A stretch of DNA of 64,000 nt from Lobosporangium transversale (Eukaryota): NCBI RefSeq assembly GCF_002105155.1, contig NW_019029002.1:310001-374000 (forward strand), written 5' to 3'. The position numbers and the translations under genes were made by a program. The notes beneath the pieces were generated by a model that had not been told where the DNA came from, searched no databases, and saw nothing but the letters and a program-made list of their open reading frames with translations. Below, piece by piece: positions 24,796 to 38,795 of the stretch (positions are counted from its first letter, which is position 1; each line of letters opens with the position of its first letter).

Positions 24796-27700
24796 ATGGC
24801 CGCCGAGTTTATTAGACAAAACGCGCACAAGTTTTTTACTTCGAACAGGAAGGGTAAAGAATAAAGAGGTTCTTTTTTGACTGAAGTATACATACCACTG
24901 AACTATTAATACGGAGGAGAAAAAATTCGGTTCAAAAGGCTTGGAGTGTCTAAAATATGTAACTCCTCTAAATTCAATTACAATGTCGAAAAATCACGAC
25001 GTATGATAATAAACACCTATAATAAAACAGGAGAAAATGCTGAACTACTGGCTGATCTGAACAGTGAGTACCGCGATCGTCGCAAGGATGCTGTTAAACG
25101 TGTCATTGCTAACATGACGGTGGGGAAGGATGTGAGCTCTTTATTTCCACATGTCGTCAAGAATATGCAAACGGAGGATTTGGAGATGGTAAACTTGCTT
25201 GGATACACTTTGGGCTGTGAGGAATGTCAACTTTATAGTCTTTCTAATGTATCTTCAGACATTAATGCCTTCCCCTCCCCCCTAATTTCTGTGAATGATA
25301 GAAAAAACTTGTATATCTTTATTTGATGAACTATGCAAAATCAAATCCAGACTTGGTTATCCTAGCTGTCAACACGTTTGTAAAGGTATGGGTCTCATTA
25401 GAACTAAACAAACGTTGTCGTGTTGATGATGAGACTATGAGGAAAGTTCGGTTTTCGTTGCAAGAGAGACTTTGACAAACCCTTTTAATCTATTTTATTA
25501 TTATCATAATTTTCTGTATTCCTTTGTTCTAGGATACGGATCATGTTAACCCACTGATTCGTGCGCTTGCCATTCGTACTATGGGCTGTATCCGTGTCGA
25601 TAAAATTTTGGATCACTTGTGCGAGCCGCTCAGGAAATGTTTGGAGGACGACGACCCATATGTGCGCAAGACTGCTGCTATCTGTGTCGCTAAACTATGG
25701 GATCTAGATCAGGAGAGAGCTTTGGAGAACGGATTTGTCACGATTTTGCAAGGACTCGTCTCGGATTCAAATCCCATGGTAAAAGCTGGGCCTTTCTGCT
25801 CATAAGCGTACCCAGTATAGTAAGAGTAAGGGGGCTTTTCCTAATATCGAATCAATTTGTTAACCTCTTATAGGTCGTCGCGAACGCGGTTACGGCTTTG
25901 GCTGAAATGCAGGAGTCTTCGGAAACTAAGGATATATTTGTAGTAAACGTGGCGATCATGAATAAGATGCTTGCAGCTTTGAATGAATGCACAGAATGGG
26001 GTCAGATTGCAATCTTAACATCGTTAGCAGAGTACAGGCCATTGGATTCCAAGGAGGCAGAGAGCATTTGTGAGCGAGTGATGCCCCGTCTGCAGCATGC
26101 CAATGGTTCCGTAGTACTATCTGCTATCAAAGTGCTCATGATTTTATTACGTTATATCAACAATGACGAATTCGTTAAAGGACTTATCAGGAAGATGTCT
26201 CCACCACTTGGTAAGCAACGTGCTCATCATTCATGCATGTTCCTTTATGAAATTATATCTCATTCAGCTCTTACTAACCCACATTTTTTTTAGTCACTCT
26301 ACTTTCCTCAGCGCCTGAGGTTCAATATGTGTCACTCCGTAACATCAACTTGATTCTTCAAAAGCGACCAGATATTCTACAGAATGACGTCCGCGTATTT
26401 TTCTGTAAATACAACGATCCACCATATGTCAAGAGGGAAAAGCTCGAAATTATTATTAAGCTCTGTAATGACAAGAATATCGAACAAATCTTGTCTGAGC
26501 TCAAGGAGTAAGTCATTTTCGATAATTTATGACGATTCAGCAAGTATCATTTTTTCTTTTTCGAAATGAAATGGGATAATAATAGCATTACTGATGGATA
26601 TTCAGGTATGCATCGGAGGTCGATGTTGATTTTGTCCGGAAAGCAGTGCGCGCTATTGGAAGATGCGCTATCAAGATTGACGAGGCATCTGAACGATGTG
26701 TCAATGTGTTACTGGATCTCATTAATACCAAGGTTAACTACGTCGTCCAAGAAGCTATCATTGTGATTAAGGTATGATGACATCCAGAGCCCTATCGGTG
26801 CAGCAATGTTGGTCGGATGATTGTAAGATCATATTAAGCTGATATATTTTATTTTGGTTCCTTTGCTATCGTAGGATATCTTCCGCAAATATCCTAAGCG
26901 CTATGAGGCTATCATTCCAACACTCTGTCAGAATCTTGACTCGTTAGACGAGCCTGAAGCCAAGGGCTCGTTGATCTGGATCATTGGAGAATATGCTGAG
27001 CGAATTGATAATGCAGATGAGTTAATTGAAAACTTTTTAGAGACATTCTTGGAAGAAAACTCTAGGGTGCAACTGCAGCTTCTGACTGCGACTGTCAAAC
27101 TGTTCTTAAAGAAGCCTTCTCAGTCTGAGGAAATTGTACATCGAGTCCTCCAGACAGCAACAGAAGAGATCGACAATCCAGACACTAGAGACAGGGCATT
27201 TGTATACTGGAGATTGCTCTCGACAAACCCTCAGGCCGCAAAGGCGGTAGTTTTGTCAGAGAAGCCTCCTATCTCTGTGGAAACGAACACAGTTTCTCCC
27301 GCACTGATGGATGAGTTAATTAATAACATTTCCACACTCGCCTCGGTATACCACAAGCCCCCAACAGCATTCATGGGCAACAAGGCTTATAGTGCGGACG
27401 CTGTGAAGAAGGCAGCAGCAGCGGAGTAAGTCGAAACTTTTTTTTTTTTTTCTTTTTTTGGCAATAGTTGGTTGAATTGTATGATCAAGACAGCAAAATA
27501 ACAAGTTTTTTCCATTATCCTTCAATTTCTGTATCTTAGTGCGAGAGATCAAGAGCAAATTATGGGCGACGCTGGTTTGGTGGATTCCCCTTCAGCACCA
27601 GGAGCACCCAAGAATGCAATGGCGGATCTGTTGGATCTCGACTTCGGCTCGTCAGAGCCTGTGCAAAACTCTTCGCCTGTGCCAAGTAATAACGCTCCAA

Positions 27701-27951
27701 ATTATAACGCTGATTTGTTCGATATATCATCGGATATGTTTGGAGGTTCAAGTAGTATGAGCCAAAGTAGCAACATTATGTCGACCGGGCTTTCAGGGAC
27801 TTCAAGCAATAATAATATAGGTGGATCTGGGTCTGACTTGTTTGGTGATCTCGGAGGGTTTGGACAGCCGCCTCAGCAGCAGCAGCAGCAGCAGCAGCAA
27901 AAGCCTCCAGGACAGTCTTCAACAATGAACGACCTCCTTGATTTATTTTAA
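24796..27951 (+). CDS. APL2: Clathrin adaptor beta subunit (AP-1 beta type), multi-exon, no appendage domain
   Basis: Motifs: [76 protein letters not shown], clathrin-box-like DLLDLDF and terminal DLLDLF. AP-1 versus AP-2 assignment is by motif recall. Confidence 0.85.
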
Positions 27952-28161
27952 AGACAATTGTTTAAATGCAATAATAAAAATGGCACATGTCATATACCAT
28001 TGACTAAGAAAGTAAGGCCTGTCCACGTGTGGTGTAAACAGTTCTTCTGATTTTAGCTGTCATACAGCCTACCAATACCTTCTGCCTGCTGTTCATTGTA
28101 GATCATCCATTTTCTTCATTCCACTCCATTCCATTCCAATACCTTAGTTAAATCGCTGATA

Positions 28162-29601
28162 ATGACCAATTCAGAAGGTAGGGTGATTTATTTTTTTTAA
28201 TTCTTTGACGCCAATTTGCGTTGGTAAAAACTTTATTGACATAGTGCAATATTTATAGACGCCACTAAAGGTTTGACAAACCCATTTGCAGACAATGGAG
28301 ATCGGACTCCACTCCATAGGGAAGAGCCAACAACTATGGATATCGACGACGCATGTGACGATGCCAGTGACACAGATTCAAGTATTTCGTCGTCATTACC
28401 TAGTTCATTCTACAGGGAAAACAGATTTACAGGACAAAGACGAGCATCAATCTCCGGCCTTTCTACACCGAAACACACTGAGCATCCTATCCTTCTCGCA
28501 GATGCAAGAGAAGCAGCAATACCCCGACGCCGCGTCATAACTAGTATTCCCACAGAGAACTCTGATGATGAGCTTATTTCGACCCCTACAAGAACAGGGC
28601 TTGGAAAGCAACGGCCAACATTTTCGAGATCAAGTTCATTATTGACACGTATGTACGAGAAAGGAACTCTTCTTGGAAAGCACCCACAATCGCCAAGCCC
28701 AGGAGATGAGCTTGGGATTCGGCCCAAGGGGCTTAAAAGTAATGGATCCAAAGGTATATAAGCTAGTCTGTAGTGCAATACATCATATCCATCGGAAAAA
28801 GGTTGTAAAATATACTTTCCTCTGCTATTTGGTTTAGTATTCATCAGTTAATTGTATCTTCGTCCCCACAACTTCATACTATTAAAAACAGGTAGCGATA
28901 GGATACCCGCTCTGCCCGATTTTTCGCTACTGGACGCAACAGAACTAGACCAGAGCACTCGATTATGTTCGCCAGTACATCCACCTGATTTTGGTACACC
29001 TCCGGGGACACCAAAACAAACACAGTCAATATTTGAGCCTTTTGACAACGATAGCAACAGTAGTAATAACGACGACAACCCATTCCTCGGCCCGCCAACA
29101 CGTAAGGCGCGATTTGAGATGGATTACCTTTCTGAGAGTCAGTGGTATTCGGACTATCCGCATCATTTGACAGTGGATTATCTAGAAGATTTATTCAACC
29201 TGGATAGACGAGGTAAAGGACTTGCAGGGTTTATCAAGTATATCCTTAACCAGTTCTTCTTCTATTTTTGTTGTCGCTCGCATATTATGTCTCTTAATTG
29301 CTATGTGGTCACTCATGTACTAGTTTTATAAAATACGGTAGTGATGTTTACGAATACGAAATCAGGTTCAGGAAATTCTCCTAATTACTTAAAATCTAAT
29401 TTTTATATCAATGAGCCACCTATTGGGATCGGAGCGTATTCAGACGTTCTCAAGGTTCAGAGCAAGCATAACAAAGAATTTTACGCTGTCAAGAAGCTCC
29501 TAAAGAGAGTACAAGGGGCAAGGGAAAGGTATGAATTTGCCCAAAAAGTTTATTGTCCTAAAGTCTTTTTTTTTGTAGCGCTTTAGAAATGTGATTTAAT
29601 G

Positions 29602-29632
<31 letters not shown>

Positions 29633-30832
29633 CTACACATACTTAGGAAGCATTATCTCAACGAGGTCAGGAATATGTGGCGCGTGGAAAAATCGTCTAA
29701 CGTGTTACAATTACTAGAGGCGTGGGAGCAAAAGGGCAAGATCTATATGAGGATGGAATTGTGTAAGCTTGGAAATTTGAAATCAGCGCTGATGGCACAA
29801 AAGAGATATCGTGGAATCGATGAAAAGAGAGCATGGAAGTGCCTGCGAGACTTGGCTTCTGTAAGGAGAAATAGATACTTGTTATAATACGATTTAGATT
29901 ACGGGCAGACTTTTTCGAAAAATCATTAATTTTTTATTTTTTTTATTTTTCTTATTTTTTTTATTTTTCTTATTTTTTTTATTATATATATACTCTAGGG
30001 TCTGAGGGCAATTCATGACAGCAACGTTATTCATTTAGATATCAAACCTGAAAATGTCTTTATCTCTTCTACAGGGGCTTTAAAGATAGGTGATTTTGGG
30101 CTTTCAATCACATATCCTATTGAGGTCAAGGACATCAATGAGGGAGACAAATTCTATTTGGCACAAGAGTTGCTGAATGGCCAATGCGGGAAATATTCAG
30201 ACATCTTCAGTTTAGGTATATCCATGTATGAAATTATTACAAATCAAATTGGGGATCTACCTGGAGAAGGCCCTGCATGGCACTACCTCAGAGATGGTGA
30301 ATTGAACATGAGTCAGTATATGATTCTGGAGAGTCAAACCAATGAGCCAGCTGTCACGCGTTCTATTCCAGTATTAGTGTCATCAACCTCCTCAGTCTCT
30401 CAAGAAGCAATAGTAGGGGGAATAGGAAAAGCAAAAGAAGCAGAAGGTACAAAAGAAGCAGGGGAGGCAGATGGGGTGAGAAAAGTAGAAATAGAAGGGA
30501 TAGAGCAGGAAAGCGAAGTATCAGAACCATCGAGAAAGGAATTATCAGCAGAGTCTCCGGCACCATCACCGGTTGGGGAGGAATCTGCTAGCTCACCTGG
30601 TTCACCACTCAATCAGGCATCAAAATCGACCCATAGGTTCTTCTCCAAATCTATGGTAGATCTTATTAAAGAGATGATGCAACCTTCGTTTGAGCAACGG
30701 CCAACAGCAGCAACGATCTTGAAGCACCCAATGATCCAAAGCATTCTGATCAAGCGTGGTGGGCAATCGAGCAATGCAGGAGTGCGAGCATCTGATGAAG
30801 CCATGAGTGGGCTACTACTTCAGTCGATTTAA
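28162..30832 (+). CDS. Wee1/Myt1-family protein kinase
   Basis: Exons 28162-28177, 28259-28753, 28892-29212, 29342-29528, 29647-29860, 29999-30832. Disordered S/T-P-rich N-terminus; GIGAYSDV, YAVKK, IHLDIKPENVF, LKIGDFG, EGDKFYLAQELL, SDIFSLG, LPGEGPAWHYLRDG. Confidence 0.85.
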
Positions 30833-31185
30833 GAAAAACCTAGGCTTTTTTTTTTTTTTTTTTTTTTTTTTGCAAAAGGTCTTGATTGCTTCAACTTGGA
30901 CCCTGAATTTCTATCGTGCGAATAAAGAGCATTGCATGTTCATGTTTAATCATCAAAAGTTCCTTTGTTGATATTCCAGGCATAGAAGCAAATGAAGTTG
31001 AGGTGTCCAGCATAGCCACTTTGTTAATACATTATCAAATGCAACATAATAACTATCATTTCTCTTCGCCCTGGATATACCATCAGCTCTTCTCATTTTT
31101 ACTTGTGTCCTCATATAAGTCATTTATTTTTTTTACTACTCTGTTTGTTTTTTCATTTTTCTCAAAAAAAAAGACATTGCACTTC

Positions 31186-32712
31186 ATGGGATTAGAAGAA
31201 TACTTTTCAATTCCAATCTTTTTCATCATCTTTCGAGAGGTGACTGAAGCTGCCATCATTGTCTCTGTGTTACTGTCGTTCCTGAGTCAAGTCATTACTG
31301 ACGATGGTGCCATGCGTAAGAGACTTTCTCATCAGGTACGATCTTTTTTTTTTTTTTTTTTTTTTTTAAATACCATTAGTGCGTCAGAGGAATGTTGATT
31401 TTTTTTTTTTTTATACGATATAACAGGTTTGGGCGGGAACTGCACTCGGGCTGTTTATATCGCTTGCAATCGGGGCAGGGTTTATTGTAGTTTGGTAAGT
31501 TAGCACAATGATTAAAAAAAAAAAAAAAAAAAAAAAAAGAATAGTCAACTTATGCTTGGAGCTGTTTGCTTTGAAGGAGCTCTCACACCTCACAGCATTC
31601 TTAAAATGAGCACGAGATAAAAAAGAAAGTGTTCCAGTGAAGAGGAACGTGCGCAGTATATTTGGGCAAAATGGCAATTGGCCGAACATTACTTGACACA
31701 CGGTTTCTCTTCTATATATATTGTTAGGAACTTATATGCTACGAACCTTTGGGCAGCTAGTGAAGGCATCTGGGTTGGATGCTTTTCATTGGTTGCAGTA
31801 GTCATGATCACTGTGATGGGAGTAGCCATGTTGCGTACGAACCAAATGCAAGAGAAATGGAAGCAAAAACTAACGAAGGCCATGGACGACGAAAATGCAC
31901 GTGGACTAGGTAATCAATCCCGTCGATACGCACTGTTTCTTCTTCCTCTGGTCACAGTTCTCCGTGAAGGGCTAGAGACTGTGGTCTTTATTGGAGGAGT
32001 AACCTTTGATGCTGAGCCCAAATCAATCCCTATCGCAGTCTTATCAGGTGTAGCATTGGGTATTTTTATTGGATTTGCGATTTATCGGGGTGGAAATAAG
32101 ATGAGGTTGCATCCATTCTTTGTAGGATCAACATGTTTGCTATTGTTGATTGCTGCTGGTTTAGTAGCAAAGGGCATTGCAGCATTTGAAGCAGATCAAT
32201 GGAGCAGACTTACAGGAGCACAGTCAGATGATGCAGGCACATTTGATCCTCGGGTTAACGTCTGGGCATTGAAGTGCTGTGATCCCAAACAACTTGACGC
32301 AGGTTGGTGGAGTGTTGCAAATGCATTAATTGGATGGAGCAATGTAGCCTCCTACTGGACATTAGGATTCTACATCTTTTATTGGACTTTGGTCTCGCTT
32401 TGGTTGATCCGCCTCAAGACCAAGAGGATTCAAAAAGCCATCAGGGACATTGCTTCATCCCAAAAACCTTTGCTAGCCGTGTCACCTATACGAGGTGTAA
32501 ACCGACCTAGTGAGGATGAAGGGGACAGCGATAATTATCGCCCAGTTATTGTATCGTCATCTATATACCCGACTGACCACTATCATTATCAGTCGTTGGG
32601 AGGAGGCAGTGATATGACGCGTCGACATGATGGGTATGGTACCACTGCAGGGAATGAAGCAGCAGTTCCAGCTGCAGCAGGAGCAGAGATAAGCCCTGGC
32701 TGGCACGAATGA
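31186..32712 (+). CDS. FTR1: High-affinity iron permease (FTR1 family), 3 exons
   Basis: FSIPIFFIIFREVTEAAIIVSVLL and TVLREGLE (two RExxE motifs), multiple TM segments, VWALKCCDP, ALIGWSN. Confidence 0.92.
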
Positions 32713-33328
32713 CTCGCGATGGTGCCGCTGGAGTCGATCGCTTCCAAGACTCCAACGGTGCCACGACGATCAATTGTAGGTGGGATGGTGACGTCTCCAG
32801 GCAAGAAGCAAGATTAAGGATGTTGTATATTTTAATTTCTAAGGTTGCCTTTTTTTTTTGTAATACATATTAGCATGTAAAACCTCGTTCAATTTCTCGA
32901 ATAAAATATCGTGCAAGTAAGATACATGATATGCGTGATGCATGTGAAATATGAGTCTGCATTTCAACATTTCTTGCAGATCCGCGTCGTGTTTTGATTT
33001 GTTGGATCAATGCCACGAGGAATAAATCAGAATGATTATAACCCTTAAGGTATTACTGGATTAGGTCAAATAGTATGTTGATGACAGGCTTTTTGATCAG
33101 ATGGAAGTCGAATGAACAAAACACACAAACCTACTTTATCTGTTTTACTTTTATTCCTCATCCTTTTATTACATCCATTTCTTTTTTCTTTCCATCTTCC
33201 CTCCATCTTTGTTCAAAGGACTACACCCATTTCCAAATAGGCAGTTTTATTTTTTCTATTTTTTATTTTTGTTTTGTATATTTTTTGTAAAGCGACAATT
33301 TCCTATCCACTATAAGAGCAGGATAAAA

Positions 33329-33575
33329 ATGACAGACCAAGCGGAAATTCTCCGGAAGCGTCGTGAAGCGCGGCAAAAAAAGATTCTTGCCTCAGGAGAG
33401 TCACGTCTGAGTAAGATTACAGGCACAGCTGGAACAAGCGCACAGGTGGCTCCTTCTCCTGCAGTGTTGCAGGCTCGAGAGGAGATGTTGAGGCGGGAAC
33501 AAGAAGATGAGCGTTTAAAGGCTCTCAGAGCCGCAGGTGTCAATGTTGACAGCAACGGCAATGTTGAAGGTATAC

Positions 33576-33606
<31 letters not shown>

Positions 33607-34737
33607 TAGGGACTACAGGACAATGGCGAAGTTAAAAGAGAAAAAGACGTGCTGTATCTTGAAATGCGGTGTAGAAACACAATTAATATATTTTACTAAG
33701 ACTTTCTTTCTTTTCACCTTGGTGAATAATGATAGGCTCTCTGCAAAGGAGTATTGACGGTGAACAGGAGGAAGAGTTGGCTATGCCTAATTCGTCATCA
33801 TTGCGTACGGGGACTCAAAGGATGAGTCGTCAACCCTCGTCATCCTCTACAACAACTACGACCCAAACAAACGCCACTACGACAACGACAACAACCGAAA
33901 AAGCATCTGATGCTGAAGCATTTAATAGCTCAGCTGCGGGGAGGACAGCCACACCTCCCAATATCCCAGACTATGATGCAGATCCAGATGATTCCATAGG
34001 TGCACCACCAGCCTATATTCCATCGAATCCATTCTTGAATAGTCCGTTTGCATCAGCACAACATCAAGCATTGACTAGAATGATGCAGGATGAAAGTAAT
34101 AGCGGTTCAAGCTCTAGCAAGGCACAGGCCATGCAACAACAACAACAACAGAATCCGTTTGGAAATGTACCTCCAGGATTCACAGTGATTACACCACAAG
34201 TGGATCACTCTGCACGTTGGTGGAAGCTCCTGCACTTTGTTTTGTCAGTGCTGTTAGGATTTGGTATTGTATATAGAGAATACAGTCGGAATGGGGATTT
34301 GAGTCGATTTGAAGCATTGGCAGTAGAAAAACCATTGCCCTATGGCGCGTATCAAGTCGATCCTATTGTAAGTGATAGCTTCAATTTACTTTCAAGACAT
34401 TTTATTGATCAGTTAATGTTAATCAACCTTTTCTTCGTATGACATATCCTCACTTTTTTCTTTTCTATTTTTTATTTTTGTGATATACTAGCCTGTGTTC
34501 TGGTACTTCATCACGATGGAGCTTATTTTGCAATCAACTCGAATGGTATTACATGGCGTGACAGCATCACCTAGCAGTACTTTAGGAACCATTGCAGGCT
34601 TCTTGCCTCCACCTTTTTCGGATATGATCAGAGTCTTTATGCGATATCGTCTAATTTGGACTTCAATGGTCAATGACCTATCGGTAGTAGTCTTTATTGT
34701 TGGCCTCACCATCACTTTTACTTACATGTTCTCCTAA
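33329..34737 (+). CDS. GET2: GET complex subunit Get2/CAML-like ER insertase, 3 exons
   Basis: N-terminal basic motif LRKRREARQKKILASGESRLSKITG, disordered linker, three C-terminal hydrophobic segments. Confidence 0.75.
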
Positions 34738-34940
34738 AAAAAAAACATATACAGTCTACTTCTTCTTCCTTGGTTTTTGTTCCCTTGACAACTAATCGCG
34801 TATACACAACAATAACAAACGAAAGTTAAAAGAAAAAAGACAAAAAAAAAGTCTCTGAATGAACACTATGAAATGTCAAATGGATAAATATTCTTTATCA
34901 AATGCGTCTTTTAATTTTTTATTTTTAACCCTGTCTTCCT

Positions 34941-35642
34941 TTATGCTGATGCTGAACCCTCAGTAGTGACGCTCAGGAACTGCTTACAGATTTCACTAGA
35001 CTGTGTCCTGGAGCAAGGAATTTTCTTGATCTCATTGTTAGCTATGAAGACATGATTAAATTTTTAAAATGTTAGCAAAAAAAGAGGGAAAAAAAAAAAA
35101 ACAAGGCTCCCTTCCTTTTTTTTTTTTTTTTTTTTTTTTTTTCCTATCAAATCAAGATAATTGGCTATTCATCAGTTACCAAACTCAACGGTCAACTCAG
35201 GGCTGACACCAGGCTCCTTAACTTTCTTTACTTCGATCTGAATAGTAGGATTGTTATACTGGATCCTTGGTAAGTTTTCACGCAAAAAGTATCTAATTCC
35301 AGATTCCGGAGAGTTGTTTTTAGAGTGATAGGCGTGAGTGAATTAAACGAATGAACTAGGGGAGTTTTTTTTTTTTTTTTTTTTTTTTTCTTGTATCTTT
35401 CAATCCAAGATTCCTCTTCATTTAAATAGTTTTGTATGTTATTGAATCCAGAGAATATTTTATTCCTTGTGAACTAGCCGAGTCTCCATATTATATGTGC
35501 TTTTTTTTTTCCTATTTTACCTGGCGCCAGCATTATCAGATTTCCGAGAAAACATCAATGTCACTTTCTTGACATCAGAACGCAGGCGGATGGCACCAAG
35601 GCCATTACGAAGGTCATTAACAATAGTATGAATCTTAGACAT
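34941..35642 (-). CDS. MRP49: Mitochondrial ribosomal protein of the L51/S25/CI-B8 family (mL61/Mrp49-like); not in ORF track
   Basis: Exons 35642-35521, 35292-35180, 35041-34941 give MSKIHTIVNDLRNGLGAIRLRSDVKKVTLMFSRKSDNAGARYFLRENLPRIQYNNPTIQIEV...PELTVEF... Confidence 0.8.
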
Positions 35643-36010
35643 GGTTTGCGTTGAAGATTCAGAAATGAATATGTGTTTTCAGCGCTGGTTTGATCCCCTT
35701 TTCCCTTTTCGGAAACAGTTGTCCAAGTCCAAATATTTAAAAAAGCAGTCTTGTTTTTTTTTGTTTTTTAATGAATTGCATGAAGCCACTTTGAATTAGT
35801 GCATTTTCAAATATGAATGGAATTGACTTTTAGTCTCTAGATATATTACTGTACAGAAAAGGATGACAGGCAGGTTGGAGGATTACCATTGTGGCTAAGA
35901 AATGAAATGAAAAAAAAAAAAAAAAAAAAAAAACGAAAACAAATGAAGTGAAAAGCTTGAAAGTATCCAGGAAGATAGATATTGAGATATGGCAGGAAAC
36001 AGAGCGAAAC

Positions 36011-38348
36011 TTAGAGCTCGGCATCTTTCATGTCCACATCTTGGCTCTGGGTTGTTGGAAGGACTGGTGCTGATGTCGATATTAATTCAAGTACAGGCCC
36101 TGTCGATGGTTGGTTTTCATAGGCAGTATTTACATGGGCAGTTGTGAGGGTTGGAGCATGAGCAAAAACAGATTGCGAAACACTAGGAAACTTGACATCA
36201 TCCTCTTCGGGCTCCTCCTTGAATCTGAATTCTTCTTCCTCATCATCGCCACCATCCATACGTGCACGCTGTAGAGCCATTCGGATGGACGTATCAGATT
36301 CTCGACCCACACTTGATCGGGTACTTGATATATCGTCGCCTTCGACAGATGAGCCACGGTCCTTATACTCGTCATGTTGTTGCTGTTGCTGATGAGGGTG
36401 ATGATAAGAGTCACTGTTGGTATTCCTCAGAGATACCTCAGTGCCGCCATTAATGTGATATTGATCTGCAGACCCTGTTGCTGTATTGAAGAGAGTGTTA
36501 GACTCTGTAGAGATATCATTTGTAGTTGTAATAGGAGTATCATTGGTGTTATCAACTTGGTTTTGGCTTTGATTTTGGTTTTGATCTTGGTTTTGATATT
36601 GGTCTTGATTATGATGAGGAAGTTGGTTATTGTGCCTCCGCCTGCTGGAAGGTCTTCTGTAAATTTCATATTCGTCCTCTTCAAAATCGTCATCATCATC
36701 AAAATTGTACTTTGGTTGGTTGAGTCGATTAGAGGATCGTGTCCGAGTTGTTCTTGTTGCTGCCAATTGATGTAATTCTGCTAGCCTTTGCATCTTCTTT
36801 TCCAAGCGCTCTTGTTTCTGTAAGCATTTAAAAGTATGAAGAATCAGGAGGGGAAATGACATATTAGGACATATATAATTGGAAAAAGAAATCCTTCCCA
36901 GCTATAAATCTGTGTGGGAGTGAGATAGTGGCGTACCAATTTCTCCTGGGCCATCTTCTCCTCAATAGGATCAATGATCTCTTCACGTAGTCTTTCTTGA
37001 AGTGCCTTCTCTGATTTTGAAGAGGTCTGGTTGAAAGAATCTACGAGAGCTTTGATCTCATCCAGACTACTAGCCACAGTCTCCCATCCAGTACTCTTCT
37101 TTTTGGGATTTTTAGTTTCTCTAAATACCCTAAGTGTGCCCTCTATCGGATGAGGCAGTGCAAAAAAGAAAAGAAAAAAAAAAGTTAACTCTTAGATGCA
37201 ACAGCAGACTTGGTAAAAGAAAAAAAAAATTCAGTTGAAACTTACCTCCAAAATACCAGTAAATCCGTTTAGCTTGATCGATTCCGAATGGTGTGATAGA
37301 ATAATGTTCCAAATCTTCTTCTATGGCTTGTCGGATGATGGCTCCTTCCTGCAATACCCAATGGACCAAGCCCTTAAGAATCTGGACCCTATCCTCAGGA
37401 GGGATCAGATAATAGTCGCCATAGTATTTCAATAGATTTTGATCGTACTCCATCTCGCCAGTCCTGAATTTGGAATCCAATGTTTCAGATAAAACTTTCT
37501 GCCATGTTGAAGAGCTTGAAAAGAAGATTACCAGATGTTAATCTTACACGGGTAGTCTTTTTTTTGGGGGGGAGGGGGGGTATAGATCATTCGAGACATG
37601 CATAGAGCAGAAAGATAAGGACCTACTCAACTGCCTTTTTACGGTTCAGCATATTAGAGAGTAGATTGGAATGAACTTCCTCAATACAAACGTTAGGTGT
37701 TTTCGACAATAGGCCAGCTTCCAAGTCCTAAAAGCAGAGATAGTATATTCCAATCATTCAGAAAATTTGACGGATATTAAGAATACAGATGTCACCAAGA
37801 AATACCCTCGGGAGAGAGTCATTATTTTTACCCACCTCTATTGAGAAATCATGTAGTGGACAGTTTTGTCTAAGCAGTGTCTTGAACTTGATCATAAACC
37901 CATAGACTAAAGCGATCTCCCAGTATGAAAGCAAGTTGGGATCTGAAAATGGTTTTGAAGGGTCCTGCTCATCTTGCTCCTGCTGTTGTTGTGTTAATGC
38001 ACTCCTTGTGCGGGAGGCGAGTGCTCTTGTTTTTGTTATTGATTTTTTGTTACTGTGCTCATTCTCGTTATCACTGTTGAGAGATGCGGAATCGGAAAGA
38101 GCAGGGCTCAAACTACGTGAAGAGGATGTTAATGAAAGAGTCTCATCGTTGGTAGTGTTGTTGTTATCCTCATTACGTCCATTAGTTTGTCTTTGTGTCT
38201 GTGGAGGTTTGACAGTATCAGTAGCAGTAACGGCTTCAGCTTCAGCAGCAAGGGTCCGACGTTGTTTTGCCTCACGTTCAGCCTCTAGTTCCTGTTGCCT
38301 ACGTGCTGACTGACGTGCTGATGCGCGAGCAGGTTGTGCTGATGACAT
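36011..38348 (-). CDS. DDT/WHIM-motif ISWI accessory chromatin protein (RSF1/CECR2/Ioc3-like), about 5 exons
   Basis: YWEIALVYGFMIKF (DDT-like), YYLIPPEDRVQILKGLVHWVL (WHIM1), PFGIDQAKRIYWYFGEGTLRVFRE (WHIM2), GWETVASSLDEIKALVDSF...SEKAL (WHIM3); acidic disordered tail. Confidence 0.75.
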
Positions 38349-38795
38349 GATTAAAACCAAGGTGGGATGTAAAAAGATAGAAAAAAATTTAATTTTATTG
38401 ATGGATTGGGGCGCGTTTCAAAGCCACCGATCACTTTCCAAGATGGACAGGCAAAGCGACAAAGCACACGGATGTGTTACTGCAAGATGTTTTTTATCCT
38501 TTATTGCACTGAAAGTAGTTTTTTTTAGGACCGTATTCAATTCAAAAAAGGTCATGTCCTTTCGGCTGACTCTTTGTTGCGTATTGTACGCGTGTTTGTG
38601 TGTAATTTGATACAATTCGATTGGCCAGTTCCCCATAGATGGGTAGAAAACATCCTTTTTATTTCTTTAGGCTTCTTATTCCTTCCAATCTACTACTTCA
38701 CTTTTTTTTTCCCTCTTTCTCATTTTTTTCTTTTCTCACAGACACCGATTCCTTTCCTTTCTGTACAGCAACTTTTGCAATAATATCTTTCAATC

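Noticed and set aside
32710..32712. Selenocysteine reading of the FTR1 UGA
   Set aside because: Not at a conserved Cys position, lies in a variable tail, and no SECIS was recognised.
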